NCBI GenBank assembly: GCA_021734995.1
Contig: JAIPHX010000004.1
Coordinates: 18,115 to 82,114, forward strand
Source: Minisyncoccota bacterium
Lineage (GTDB): Bacteria > Patescibacteriota > Minisyncoccia > Phycocordibacterales > UBA9973
Direction: 5' to 3'
Length of the DNA: 64,000 nucleotides
The first letter of the stretch is position 1, and each line of letters begins with the position of its first letter. Position numbers and translations under genes: made by a program. A model generated the notes under the pieces. It had not been told where the DNA came from and ran no database searches. It saw only the letters and a list, made by a program, of their open reading frames with translations. Of the stretch, positions 27,724 to 37,763 are shown piece by piece.

Positions 27724-30402
27724 ATGAACAAGATGTACAAAAATTCAAATGATTTAAGAATGCCCCCTCAGAGTATTGCTTCTGAGCAAGCAGTCCTTGG
27801 ATCAATAATGCTTCGCAAAGATGCGCTACTTGATATTGAAGATGTAGTTAATGCAGATTCTTTCTATGCTCCAAAACACAAAATAATATTCCAATCAATG
27901 CTTGATCTTTCTTTAAAAAATGAACCAATTGATCTTTTGTCTGTTGCAAACAAATTAGCTGAACAAAAAAACATAGAGAGTGTCGGGGGAAACCAATACC
28001 TTGCGGAGTTGGCTAATAGTGTTCCATCTTCTGCCAACATTAGACACTATGCCGAAATCGTTCAAAAAAAATATATTTTAAGATCTTTAATAGAAGCATC
28101 CAACCATATCTCTGAAATTGCTTTTGAGGAAAATGATAGCAACCTAGATGAAGTATTGGACGAAGCAGAGAAAAAAATTTTTGGCATAGTGAACTCTCCT
28201 AAAAATCAAAAATATGTCAATCTAAAAGATGCTCTGCCTGAAGCTTTTGAAAGAATAGAAAAACTTAGTGAACACAAGGGAGGTCTTAGAGGAATACCTA
28301 CTGGATTTAAAGATTTAGACAATACTCTTTCTGGATTACAAAATTCAGATTTAATCATTCTAGCAGCTCGTCCTTCTGTTGGTAAAACTACCCTTGCCCT
28401 AGACATGGCTCGTATGTCTGCTATTGGACACAAAAAAGCAGTGGGTATATTTTCTTTGGAAATGTCTGCTCAACAACTCATAGACAGAATGCTCTCTGCT
28501 GAATCCAAAGTAGATGCTTGGAAAATTCGCACCGGTAAAGGTCTACATATAGAGCATGATTTTGGTAGAATCCGAGATGCTATGCAAAGACTTTCTGAAG
28601 CAAAAATATTCATAGATGATCAAGCAGGTAATTCTATCACCAAAATGAAAGCTGTAGCTAGACGTTGGAAAGCAGAAAAAGGATTAGATTTTATAATAGT
28701 GGACTATTTACAACTTATGACTACTTCTAAAAACTACGACTCTATGGTCAATCAAGTCACTGAAATTTCTCGTTCTTTGAAAGCTTTAGCCAAAGAATTA
28801 GACGTACCTGTACTTGCTCTTTCTCAGCTAAACAGAGCAGTAGAATCTCGTGGAGGGAAACCTAGACTTTCAGACTTGAGAGATTCGGGCTGTGTCACAG
28901 GTGATACTTTGATTCAAAGAGCCGATACAGGAGAAAGAATTCCGATTAAAGAATTGGTGGGACAACAAAATATACCTGTTATCTCTCTAAGTGGAGAATA
29001 TGAGTTACGACCAATGCTTGCTTCAAAATTTTTCTCTAATGGAAAAAAAGAAATTTTTGAATTAAAAATGCGTAGCGGTAAAACAATCAAAGCATCTGCA
29101 AACCATAAATTTTATACAATGGACGGGTGGCAAAGACTTGATGCACTAGACGAAAGTGACAGGATTGCGACCCCTCGTTTTATCCAAGCGACTTCTCCAA
29201 TATCCAACCTTTGTAAAGAAGAATTAATCTTACTTGCTCATCTGCTTGGAGATGGATGTGTACTACCTAGACAACCAATTCATTACACAAGCGCAGATGA
29301 AAAAAACATAAAAGCAGTAGAAGATGCTTCTGAAAAATTATTTGGCATCAAAGCCAGAAGAATTCGTCAAAAAAATTGGTGGCATACATATTTACCTTCT
29401 CCTTATCGTCTAACCAAAAACAAACATCACCCCATAACAGATTGGTACACAGAACTAGGAATTCAAGCAGTGCGTTCTTATGAGAAAAAAATTCCTAAAG
29501 CAGTCTTCGCTTCAGACAGTATGTCTATCCAGCTTTTCTTGCATCATCTTTGGGCTACTGATGGCAATATTTCTAGAAAAATTTTGGCAGGTAGGAAAAC
29601 ATCTGCTTCTATATACTATGCTACTTCTAGTAAAGAATTAGCAAAGGGTGTACAACATTTACTTTTACGCCTAGGAATTTGGAGCAATATCAGAGAAGTG
29701 ACACAAGGCAAATATCGTCCCATGTTTAATGTCTATGTGCAAAGTACTCCAATGCAAAAAAAGTTTTTAGATTTAGTAGGATCTTATGGTTCCAGAGGAA
29801 AAATTGTTTCCCAATTAAAAAAAGCATTAGAAGCTATTGCTCCTATCCCAAATACAGACACAATTCCAAAAGAAGTTTGGCAACTTTTTGTTGCTCCTGA
29901 AAAAGAAAAAGCAAACATGAGCTGGAGAGATGTTTCAGAAAATTTAAATATCTCTTACAATGGTAGTGCTTTAGTCACTAGAGGAGTCTCCAGAGAACGA
30001 TTAGCTAAAGTTGCTACCGTGTTGCAAAGCAAAAGCCTAGTTCACTTAGCTGAATCAGATATATATTGGGATGAAATCACATCTATCACTCCTCTTGGCA
30101 AAGAAGAAGTCTTTGATGCTACTGTTCCAGGAGCCCATAATTTTGTAGCTGAAGATATTATTATTCATAACAGTATAGAACAAGATGCTGATGTGGTGAT
30201 GTTTATCCACCGTGAAGATAAAGGTAAAGATGAATCTGAAAAGACTAATATCGCAGAAATTCTAATAGAAAAACACCGAAATGGTCCTACAGGAAAAGTA
30301 GAATTGTATTTTGATGAAAAAACTACTACTTTCCTAAACTTAGATAAAAGTAGTATCAATGAATTTTCAGCAACACAAATAAGTAATTTAGATGAATTTT
30401 AA
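27724..30402 (+). CDS. dnaB: Replicative DNA helicase DnaB with intein
   Basis: PPQS..SEQAVLG, AARPSVGKT, DYLQL, LRDSG|intein|SIEQDAD; start probably 27724. Confidence 0.96.
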   Translation: MNKMYKNSNDLRMPPQSIASEQAVLGSIMLRKDALLDIEDVVNADSFYAPKHKIIFQSMLDLSLKNEPIDLLSVANKLAEQKNIESVGGNQYLAELANSVPSSANIRHYAEIVQKKYILRSLIEASNHISEIAFEENDSNLDEVLDEAEKKIFGIVNSPKNQKYVNLKDALPEAFERIEKLSEHKGGLRGIPTGFKDLDNTLSGLQNSDLIILAARPSVGKTTLALDMARMSAIGHKKAVGIFSLEMSAQQLIDRMLSAESKVDAWKIRTGKGLHIEHDFGRIRDAMQRLSEAKIFIDDQAGNSITKMKAVARRWKAEKGLDFIIVDYLQLMTTSKNYDSMVNQVTEISRSLKALAKELDVPVLALSQLNRAVESRGGKPRLSDLRDSGCVTGDTLIQRADTGERIPIKELVGQQNIPVISLSGEYELRPMLASKFFSNGKKEIFELKMRSGKTIKASANHKFYTMDGWQRLDALDESDRIATPRFIQATSPISNLCKEELILLAHLLGDGCVLPRQPIHYTSADEKNIKAVEDASEKLFGIKARRIRQKNWWHTYLPSPYRLTKNKHHPITDWYTELGIQAVRSYEKKIPKAVFASDSMSIQLFLHHLWATDGNISRKILAGRKTSASIYYATSSKELAKGVQHLLLRLGIWSNIREVTQGKYRPMFNVYVQSTPMQKKFLDLVGSYGSRGKIVSQLKKALEAIAPIPNTDTIPKEVWQLFVAPEKEKANMSWRDVSENLNISYNGSALVTRGVSRERLAKVATVLQSKSLVHLAESDIYWDEITSITPLGKEEVFDATVPGAHNFVAEDIIIHNSIEQDADVVMFIHREDKGKDESEKTNIAEILIEKHRNGPTGKVELYFDEKTTTFLNLDKSSINEFSATQISNLDEF
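28891..30171 (+). mobile_element. Intein with LAGLIDADG homing endonuclease (427 aa)
   Basis: Begins CVTGDT, ends IIIHN before Ser; LAHLLGDG and HLWATDG blocks. Confidence 0.95.
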
Positions 30403-30423
30403 AATATTTAGAATCAAATATTT

Positions 30424-31035
30424 ATGAACACAGTAGAGAAACTTACCGAGATTTTTAAAATGTTTCCAGGAATAGGAGAAAGACAAGCGAAACGCTTTGT
30501 GTATTTTTTGATGTCTCGCAACCAAGGAAGTCTAGAAGAACTTTCAAATCTTCTACTCCAATTAAAAAAAGAAACCCGGCAATGCAATGAGTGTTTTAGA
30601 TTTTTTTCTTTAAAAAATGAAACTGCTTCTACTTTATGTAATATATGCAAAGATCCAAATATAGATTCAAGTACTCTTTTGATAATAGAACGAGATTCAG
30701 ACTTAGAAAGCATTCAAAAAAGTGGAATATATAATGGTAAGTACTTTGTACTTGGTGGACTTGTACCCATCGTAGAAAAAAATACCACAAAGGCAATTCG
30801 TCTTAATGACTTAAAAAATAAAACAAAAAATGAAAACCTAAAAGAAATTATCCTGGCTTTTTCTTTAAGTCCTCAAGGGGACCATACTGATTTTTATTTA
30901 AGAAATGAGTTAAAAAATATAACTGAAGAAAAAAATATAAAGATATCTTCACTTGGTAGAGGTTTGTCCACAGGTACAGAGCTAGAATATTCTGATAATG
31001 ATACAATTAAACATGCATTACAAAACAGACAATAA
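30424..31035 (+). CDS. recR: Recombination mediator RecR
   Basis: FPGIGERQAKR HhH, C4 zinc finger, Toprim, GTELEYSD. Confidence 0.95.
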   Translation: MNTVEKLTEIFKMFPGIGERQAKRFVYFLMSRNQGSLEELSNLLLQLKKETRQCNECFRFFSLKNETASTLCNICKDPNIDSSTLLIIERDSDLESIQKSGIYNGKYFVLGGLVPIVEKNTTKAIRLNDLKNKTKNENLKEIILAFSLSPQGDHTDFYLRNELKNITEEKNIKISSLGRGLSTGTELEYSDNDTIKHALQNRQ

Positions 31036-31037
31036 AA

Positions 31038-32282
31038 ATGTTTAGAAGATTTCTACAAAATTTTAATACTGACGACATATCTATTGGTTCTAAAATTTTA
31101 ACAAAAGCAACTGCCATCAGATGGTTTGGCTGGGGTTTTGCTGAAAATTTAATTCCAATTTTTCTTTTTTCTTTTGCTAGTGGATATGCAGAGGCAGGAT
31201 TATTAAAATCTTCTTACGAACTAGCTTTAATTTTAACTTTACCCATTTTTGGAATGTTTGCTGATAGATTTAAAGCCACTACTCTTATCATTATCGGACT
31301 TTCTATGTATATAGTTGTAGGGACTAGCTACTTACTGGCAGGACTTACAGGAATGGCAATTTTTATAGTTATTGCAAGAGTCTTCAATGGTATTGGCTTT
31401 GGATTAGATGCAGTAGGTAGAGAAGCATATTTTAGAAGACACAATACATCATCCAAACTCGCAACAGTGTTTGGTTATTTTGATTCTATTACAATTTTTT
31501 GGTGGATTTTTGCTTCTTTCCTTGGGATCTTTTTGATAAAACATTTTGAAATTCATTGGCTTTTATCTCTAATAGTTCCTACTGTGTTGATTGCTATTTT
31601 AATAGTAAAGAAATGGCAAAAAAAAGAAGAAGCTCTAAATAAAGAAAATGGGGTCACTGCTACAATCATAGAAAATAAATCAAAATACACAGATTTATTT
31701 AGAGAATTTGGCTCATGGAATTATCAATTGAAAATAATTTTATTACTAAATCTTATCTTATCTGCAAGCTGGTCCATTATTATATTTTTCTTACCAATAA
31801 ATATGTATAATTCTGGAGCAAGTTATACTACTATTATTTTATTTGGAATATCAGCTTCCCTGCCTATGCTTTTTGGTATTTTTCTCGGAAAAATTTTTGA
31901 CAAAAAAGGTCCTCGCATATTTATCTATGGATTATTGATTTATGGATTTTTAATGGTGATGCTGAGTTTTGGAGAATCCTACAATATAATCATTGCCACC
32001 GCCTTTCTTATTGGTGTTATCCAAGAATTTGTCTCTGTAGGAAAAGAAGAGATAATCACCCTCTATGCAAAACCAGAACATTATGGAAGAGTTGGGGGGT
32101 TTATGCGGAGTATAATGAACCTAGGAGCAATGATAGGACCACTTATCGCTGGTATCCTTATAGATTCTACAGGAAGCATTACTGTCATCTATATGGGGCT
32201 TGCTTTTTGTATGTTCGTTCTAGCTTTTAGTTTTGCTGTACATAGTAGAATCACTCATGTACGCAAAATGAAAACTATATAA
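31038..32282 (+). CDS. MFS transporter
   Basis: About 12 hydrophobic segments, GMFADRF and GKIFDKKG motifs. Confidence 0.9.
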   Translation: MFRRFLQNFNTDDISIGSKILTKATAIRWFGWGFAENLIPIFLFSFASGYAEAGLLKSSYELALILTLPIFGMFADRFKATTLIIIGLSMYIVVGTSYLLAGLTGMAIFIVIARVFNGIGFGLDAVGREAYFRRHNTSSKLATVFGYFDSITIFWWIFASFLGIFLIKHFEIHWLLSLIVPTVLIAILIVKKWQKKEEALNKENGVTATIIENKSKYTDLFREFGSWNYQLKIILLLNLILSASWSIIIFFLPINMYNSGASYTTIILFGISASLPMLFGIFLGKIFDKKGPRIFIYGLLIYGFLMVMLSFGESYNIIIATAFLIGVIQEFVSVGKEEIITLYAKPEHYGRVGGFMRSIMNLGAMIGPLIAGILIDSTGSITVIYMGLAFCMFVLAFSFAVHSRITHVRKMKTI

Positions 32283-32292
32283 AATAACCATA

Positions 32293-32322
32293 AAAAAAAT
32301 CGGCCATCAGGTCGATTTTTTT
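32293..32322. terminator. Bidirectional terminator between MFS gene and rplU
   Basis: AAAAAAAATCGGCC-atca-GGTCGATTTTTTT between convergent genes. Confidence 0.7.
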
Positions 32323-32325
32323 TAT

Positions 32326-32643
32326 TTATTTGATAGCTAGAATTTTTACTCTAAAGAACGGCTGTCTGTGACCATTTCTTTTCAAATATCTAGATTTTTG
32401 TTTGTATTTCATTACAAGGACTTTTTTAGCTCTGCCAATTTCTTTGATTTCTGCTTCTACTTTTGCTCCATCTATATAGGGTGTGCCGATAGAGGTATTT
32501 TTGCCATCATCAACTAAAAGCACCTTATCAAAAGATACCTTGTCACCTGCCTTAAAATCCCCTTTTATTTTCTCGATAGAAACAAGCTGTCCCTCAGAGA
32601 CCTTGTATTGCTTGCCACCTGTTTTTATTACTGCAAATTCCAT
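32326..32643 (-). CDS. rplU: 50S ribosomal protein L21
   Basis: AVIKTGGKQYKV, GHRQPF. Confidence 0.97.
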   Translation of the reverse strand: MEFAVIKTGGKQYKVSEGQLVSIEKIKGDFKAGDKVSFDKVLLVDDGKNTSIGTPYIDGAKVEAEIKEIGRAKKVLVMKYKQKSRYLKRNGHRQPFFRVKILAIK

Positions 32644-32700
32644 AAGTTATATATTAACTTAAACTTTGCAAAAAAGCAAGATTAGCTTTATAATTCAGTT

Positions 32701-33735
32701 ATGCAAGAAAAAAACTATACAAGTAATGCAGAAAAGTATTTCTTTTTTGCCCTTTTATTAGGAACCTTAATTTTTACTTTTTTTATATTTCAGCCATTCT
32801 GGATGGTTCTTGTTTTGGGAGCTTGTTTTTCTATTGTTCTAAGACCAATCTATGAAAAATTTAAAAAGCTAAAATTCCCTTCTTGGTTGGCTTCCATGAT
32901 CACCGTTTTTCTTTTTGCAGTGCTTGTGTGTGGCCCTTTATTTGGTATGGGGATTATTATTTTCAATCAAACACAAGATTTATACAGAACTCTTATTGAA
33001 GGCGGTGGTATCCCTACCCTTGCATCCATAAATGATAAAATCCAACATATTTTACCAAACGGAATAGACTTTGACATTCATCAAAAAACAAATGATTTAA
33101 TATATATGATTTCCAACAATCTAGGCAAAATATTTAGTGCCACTCTCACTACTATTTTTTCATTTGGTTTGACTTTACTTGCAATTTTCTATTTCCTAAA
33201 AGATGGCTCAGAATGGAAGAAGTCACTTATTACTCTTAGTCCCTTGGCTGATACAGATGATTTAAAAATCATCAATCGTATGACAATTGCGATCAATGGC
33301 ATTATCAAAGGATACTTGCTTATAGGAGTTATTCAAGGAATTATTATGGGAATAGGTCTTGCCATTTTTGGAGTACCTAGTCCTGCCCTCTGGGGAGTTG
33401 TCGCAGCGATTAGTTCTCTCATTCCTACTGTGGGTACTGCTCTAATTTCTATCCCCGCTGTAATATTTTTGTTCGCGACTGGCAATGCTGGCAGTGCGAT
33501 TGGTCTGGCTATTTGGTCTGTGGCTATCGTAAGCACTATAGACAATCTATTAAATCCATACATTGTGGGGAGCAAAATAAAAATCCCTCCTTTTTTGATA
33601 CTATTTTCTGTCCTTGGTGGAATGGCATTATTAGGATGGATGGGTATTTTACTTGGACCCCTTATTGTAAGCTTGCTGTATACTCTTGTATATTTGTATA
33701 GAGGAGAATTTCAAAACACTCCTACTACCAACTAA
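32701..33735 (+). CDS. AI-2E family transporter
   Basis: Multi-TM; IPTVGT, DNLLNPYIVG, ILFSVLGG..G..GILLGP. Confidence 0.92.
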   Translation: MQEKNYTSNAEKYFFFALLLGTLIFTFFIFQPFWMVLVLGACFSIVLRPIYEKFKKLKFPSWLASMITVFLFAVLVCGPLFGMGIIIFNQTQDLYRTLIEGGGIPTLASINDKIQHILPNGIDFDIHQKTNDLIYMISNNLGKIFSATLTTIFSFGLTLLAIFYFLKDGSEWKKSLITLSPLADTDDLKIINRMTIAINGIIKGYLLIGVIQGIIMGIGLAIFGVPSPALWGVVAAISSLIPTVGTALISIPAVIFLFATGNAGSAIGLAIWSVAIVSTIDNLLNPYIVGSKIKIPPFLILFSVLGGMALLGWMGILLGPLIVSLLYTLVYLYRGEFQNTPTTN

Positions 33736-33744
33736 TCCAAAGAA

Positions 33745-35100
33745 ATGCCGATCAAATTTTACAACACCCTGACAAGAGAAAAAGAAATTTTTGAACCACT
33801 AGATCCAAAAGAAGTTCGTTTTTATTCTTGCGGTCCTACTGTCTACAATTACCCACATATCGGCAATTACCGAGCATATCTTTTTGCTGATACTCTAAAA
33901 AGAGTTTTGGAATACAATAATTATAATGTAAAACATATAATGAATATTACCGATATTGATGATAAGACAATCAGAGATTCTCAAAAAAATAATCAGTCAC
34001 TAAAAGAATTTACAGAATTTTACACTGAGGAATTTTTTAAAGATATCAAACTTTTAAATATTATCCCACCATTTAAATTCACCAAAGCTACTGATTATAT
34101 AAATGAAATGGTAAAAATTACTGAAACACTTTTGGAAAAAGAAATTGCATATAAAAGCGGTGACGGAAGTATATATTTTAATATAAAAAAATTCAAAGAA
34201 TATGGCAAACTTTCACATATCGTACTAGAGGACCAAAAAGAAAATGCTTCAGGGAGAATCAAAGCTGATGAATATGATAAAGATAATGCTCAAGATTTTG
34301 CTCTTTGGAAAGCTTGGGACGAAAGTGATGGAGAAGTTTTTTGGGAGACTACCATAGGAAAAGGACGCCCAGGGTGGCATATAGAGTGCTCTGCAATGTC
34401 TATGGCTAATCTTGGTGAACAACTAGATATTCATACGGGAGGAGTAGACAATATGTTTCCCCATCATGAAAATGAAATTGCTCAATCAGAATGTGCGACA
34501 GGTAAATCTTTTTCAAAATACTGGATGCACAATGAATGGCTTTTGGTGGACAACAAAAAAATGGCAAAATCTGCTGGTAATTTTTACACACTAAGAGATT
34601 TAATAGATAAAGGGATAGATCCTGTTGCCTATCGTTTTTGGCTCTTAATGGCTCACTACAGAAGCAAAGCCAACTTTGTGTGGGAAGCATTAGAAGGAGC
34701 AGAAACAGCCCTAAAAAGGCTTTACAGGCTCTATGAAGAGCTTGGAGCTGATATAGGTCAGGTAGACAAAGAATCCAAAGATAAATTTAATGAATACATA
34801 TCAGATGACTTGGATACCCCGAAAGCTTTGACCGTCCTATGGGATGTGGTCAAAAATGAAAATATTTCAAAAGCAGACAAAAAAGCTACTCTCTTAGATT
34901 TTGATAGAGCATTAGGACTGGGTTTTGAAAATATTAAAAAAGAAGAAATCCCAGAAAATATTCTTGGGTTAGCTAAAGAAAGAGAACAAGCTAGAGAAGA
35001 AAAAGACTTCAAAAAATCTGATGAACTAAGAGCATCAATCAAAGAACTTGGTTATGAAATAAAAGATGAAGGAGATAGTTATCGTATTAGTAAAATATAA
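33745..35100 (+). CDS. cysS: Cysteine--tRNA ligase
   Basis: CGPTVY..HIGN, GRPGWHIECSAM, KMAKS. Confidence 0.97.
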   Translation: MPIKFYNTLTREKEIFEPLDPKEVRFYSCGPTVYNYPHIGNYRAYLFADTLKRVLEYNNYNVKHIMNITDIDDKTIRDSQKNNQSLKEFTEFYTEEFFKDIKLLNIIPPFKFTKATDYINEMVKITETLLEKEIAYKSGDGSIYFNIKKFKEYGKLSHIVLEDQKENASGRIKADEYDKDNAQDFALWKAWDESDGEVFWETTIGKGRPGWHIECSAMSMANLGEQLDIHTGGVDNMFPHHENEIAQSECATGKSFSKYWMHNEWLLVDNKKMAKSAGNFYTLRDLIDKGIDPVAYRFWLLMAHYRSKANFVWEALEGAETALKRLYRLYEELGADIGQVDKESKDKFNEYISDDLDTPKALTVLWDVVKNENISKADKKATLLDFDRALGLGFENIKKEEIPENILGLAKEREQAREEKDFKKSDELRASIKELGYEIKDEGDSYRISKI

Positions 35101-35154
35101 TACTATAGAAAATACCCTTTCTGAATACTGAAAAGTTTTTAGTGAAAATAAATT

Positions 35155-36246
35155 TTAAATCCCCTCTTCTTGTAATTTTTCTACAAGATCCCGAGTCTTA
35201 CGATTTAGTTTTTTGGGCATATTGATATTAACTTTTATCAGCAAATCACCTCTTCTACTACCACTCACAGGTACCCCTCTTCCTTTTACTCTAAGTATTT
35301 CATTGATGGATACACCGTCAGGTATTTTTACTTTTATTTCTCCATCTAAAGTCTCAATATTTTTATCAGCTCCCAAAAGCGCTTCACTCAATTTTATATC
35401 CAAATTCATTACGAGATTTGGTCCTTCTCTTTTGAAAACAGGATGTGGCTTAACGTGAATTTTAATATACAGATCTCCTGTAGTCCCTTTAGCAATAGCT
35501 TCTCCCATACCACTCATTCTTATCATTTCTCCATCTCTAATACCTGAGGGAACAGCCACTACCACTTCTTCCTCTTTTCTAATGACCCCATTACCCCTAC
35601 ATTCAGAACATTTTTCTGCATACACTTTTCCAGAACCAAGACAATCTTCACAAGCTTTTGTGGTAGAGATAGTTCCTAGAATAGAACGCTTAGTCTCATG
35701 TATTTTGCCCTGTCCATTACATCTCTTACAAGTATCCATTTTGGAATTTGGCTTACCTCCTGCACCATTACACTGCAGACAAAGAGAATTTTTTGTCATC
35801 AAGAATCTTCTAGTAACCCCAAAAATTGACTCACTGAAGCTAATCTGCATTTCCGTAGAAATATCTCTCCCTCTTCTAGCCTGAGGTCTTCCACCTCCAA
35901 AGAAATCACTGAAAATGTCGTTTAAATTTCCAAAATCAAAATCTGCTCCTGCTCCTCCATTTTGAAATCCGTTTGCAAAACCAGAAAAATCAAAACCACC
36001 AAATCCTTGGCCATATCCTTGACCACCACCCATATTTTCAAAACCAGCACCAAATTGGTCGTATTTCTGTCTTTTTGAGTCATCAGAAAGAGTTTGATAA
36101 GCTTCATTTACTTCTTTAAATTTTTTTTCGTCTCCTTCTTTTTTATCAGGATGATATTTATGAGCCAGCTTGTAAAAAGCTTTTTTTATCTCATCTTTAG
36201 ATGCACTTTTATTTACTCCCAATATTTCATAGTAATCTTTAGCCAT
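35155..36246 (-). CDS. dnaJ: Chaperone DnaJ
   Basis: J-domain HPD, G/F region, CxxCxGxG repeats. Confidence 0.97.
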   Translation of the reverse strand: MAKDYYEILGVNKSASKDEIKKAFYKLAHKYHPDKKEGDEKKFKEVNEAYQTLSDDSKRQKYDQFGAGFENMGGGQGYGQGFGGFDFSGFANGFQNGGAGADFDFGNLNDIFSDFFGGGRPQARRGRDISTEMQISFSESIFGVTRRFLMTKNSLCLQCNGAGGKPNSKMDTCKRCNGQGKIHETKRSILGTISTTKACEDCLGSGKVYAEKCSECRGNGVIRKEEEVVVAVPSGIRDGEMIRMSGMGEAIAKGTTGDLYIKIHVKPHPVFKREGPNLVMNLDIKLSEALLGADKNIETLDGEIKVKIPDGVSINEILRVKGRGVPVSGSRRGDLLIKVNINMPKKLNRKTRDLVEKLQEEGI

Positions 36247-36286
36247 AATAAAAGATTATACTCACACACACGAAGAGGTCAAGAGG

Positions 36287-37732
36287 CTATATCATCGGCT
36301 CAACCTCTTGTGTAGCACTTACAGATTTAGAATTCCCTTCTATCATTGACTTTTCTTCAGCGCTACGAATAATAGTAGCTTCTTCTTCAGCGATAAGATT
36401 TGCAGCACTTTCTTTTGAAATAGTATATTTTCTACGAGAAGCTTCTTCTATTTCTTTTCTATATGAAGGATGAGTTGGCGGTAAAATTCGTAAAGTCTCA
36501 GCAGAAAATGGGTCATAAGATTCACCATCTATGGTCATCTTAATATAAAATTCAGTTACTGCTAGATTAATCATATCTTTCACATCAAAGATAGGAGAGA
36601 ACTCAGGTTTCATTTTTACAGCATCTTCACCACCAATACGAAAAGAAATAATACTTCCACAATTACCCAATACTGCTTGATGCACTTTTGGAATAATTTG
36701 ACCGACATATTGATGCGCCATTGTAAGATTCAATCCGTATTTGCGAGCCTCTGAAAGAATGTTTTCAAATGTTTGAGTGACCACATTTTGAAACTCATCC
36801 ACATATATATAAAAATCTTTACGATCTTTTTCAAGCATACTTGCTCTTTCCATACCTGCTTGCTTAATCTTTGTCAAAAAAATAGATCCTAAGAAAGAGG
36901 AATTTTCTTCTCCGAGTCTTCCTTTAGAAAGATTGATCAATATAATCTTTTCTTTATTCATAAGCTCACTAATATCCACCTTATTTTCTTTCTGTCCAAA
37001 GATATTACGCAACAATGGATCTGAAAGGAATTGCCCAAGTTTATTGACCAAAGGAATAATAGCGTCAGTATCAAACTTTTCAGACCAATCGGCAAATTCA
37101 ATAGCGAAGAATCTTTTGACCATATCATCTTTGATATATTCAATTACTTTCTGTCTATAATTTCTATCAGTCAACATTGAGATCATTCCACGCATTGTCG
37201 CATAAGGGTAATCCAATAAAGCTAGACAAGTAAAACGAAAAACGTGTTCTAGGCGAGGAGTCCAATTGGCACCGAATTGTTTTTGAAAAACTTCAATCAA
37301 TCCTTGCGTAAGTTGGAACTTAAACATAGGATCTACATTTTGCAAAGGATTAAACGAGATTGGAAAATTAATATCTGTAGGATCAATAATACATACATCT
37401 TCAATACGTTCTTTTGGAATAAAATCAAGCATTGCATCTATCACATCTCCATGTGGATCTATAAGACAAAGCCCATGGTTATAAGAGATATCTTGCCTTA
37501 AAAATAATTCCATGAGTTTTGTTTTTCCTACTCCAGATTTACCAATAATATACAGATGCCTACGGCGATCTATTCTCTTTATACCAAAAATAAATTTCTT
37601 TTCTTCTAAAGAAGCAACGTAATTTGTGCGTCCAATGAAAGACACCTCCTCAGGTTCTACTTTCCCAAAAATAGGAAGTTCTGGTGGTGGTGGTGCGTAT
37701 TTTATTATCTGTACTCTATTTCCTTTTGGCAT
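36287..37732 (-). CDS. VirB4/TraD/HerA-like P-loop ATPase
   Basis: HLYIIGKSGVGKT, IDPHGD, YVDEFQN, EARKYGL..TMAHQY. Confidence 0.88.
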   Translation of the reverse strand: MPKGNRVQIIKYAPPPPELPIFGKVEPEEVSFIGRTNYVASLEEKKFIFGIKRIDRRRHLYIIGKSGVGKTKLMELFLRQDISYNHGLCLIDPHGDVIDAMLDFIPKERIEDVCIIDPTDINFPISFNPLQNVDPMFKFQLTQGLIEVFQKQFGANWTPRLEHVFRFTCLALLDYPYATMRGMISMLTDRNYRQKVIEYIKDDMVKRFFAIEFADWSEKFDTDAIIPLVNKLGQFLSDPLLRNIFGQKENKVDISELMNKEKIILINLSKGRLGEENSSFLGSIFLTKIKQAGMERASMLEKDRKDFYIYVDEFQNVVTQTFENILSEARKYGLNLTMAHQYVGQIIPKVHQAVLGNCGSIISFRIGGEDAVKMKPEFSPIFDVKDMINLAVTEFYIKMTIDGESYDPFSAETLRILPPTHPSYRKEIEEASRRKYTISKESAANLIAEEEATIIRSAEEKSMIEGNSKSVSATQEVEPMI

Positions 37733-37763
37733 ATATTAATATTCTAACATTTAAGTGATACAT

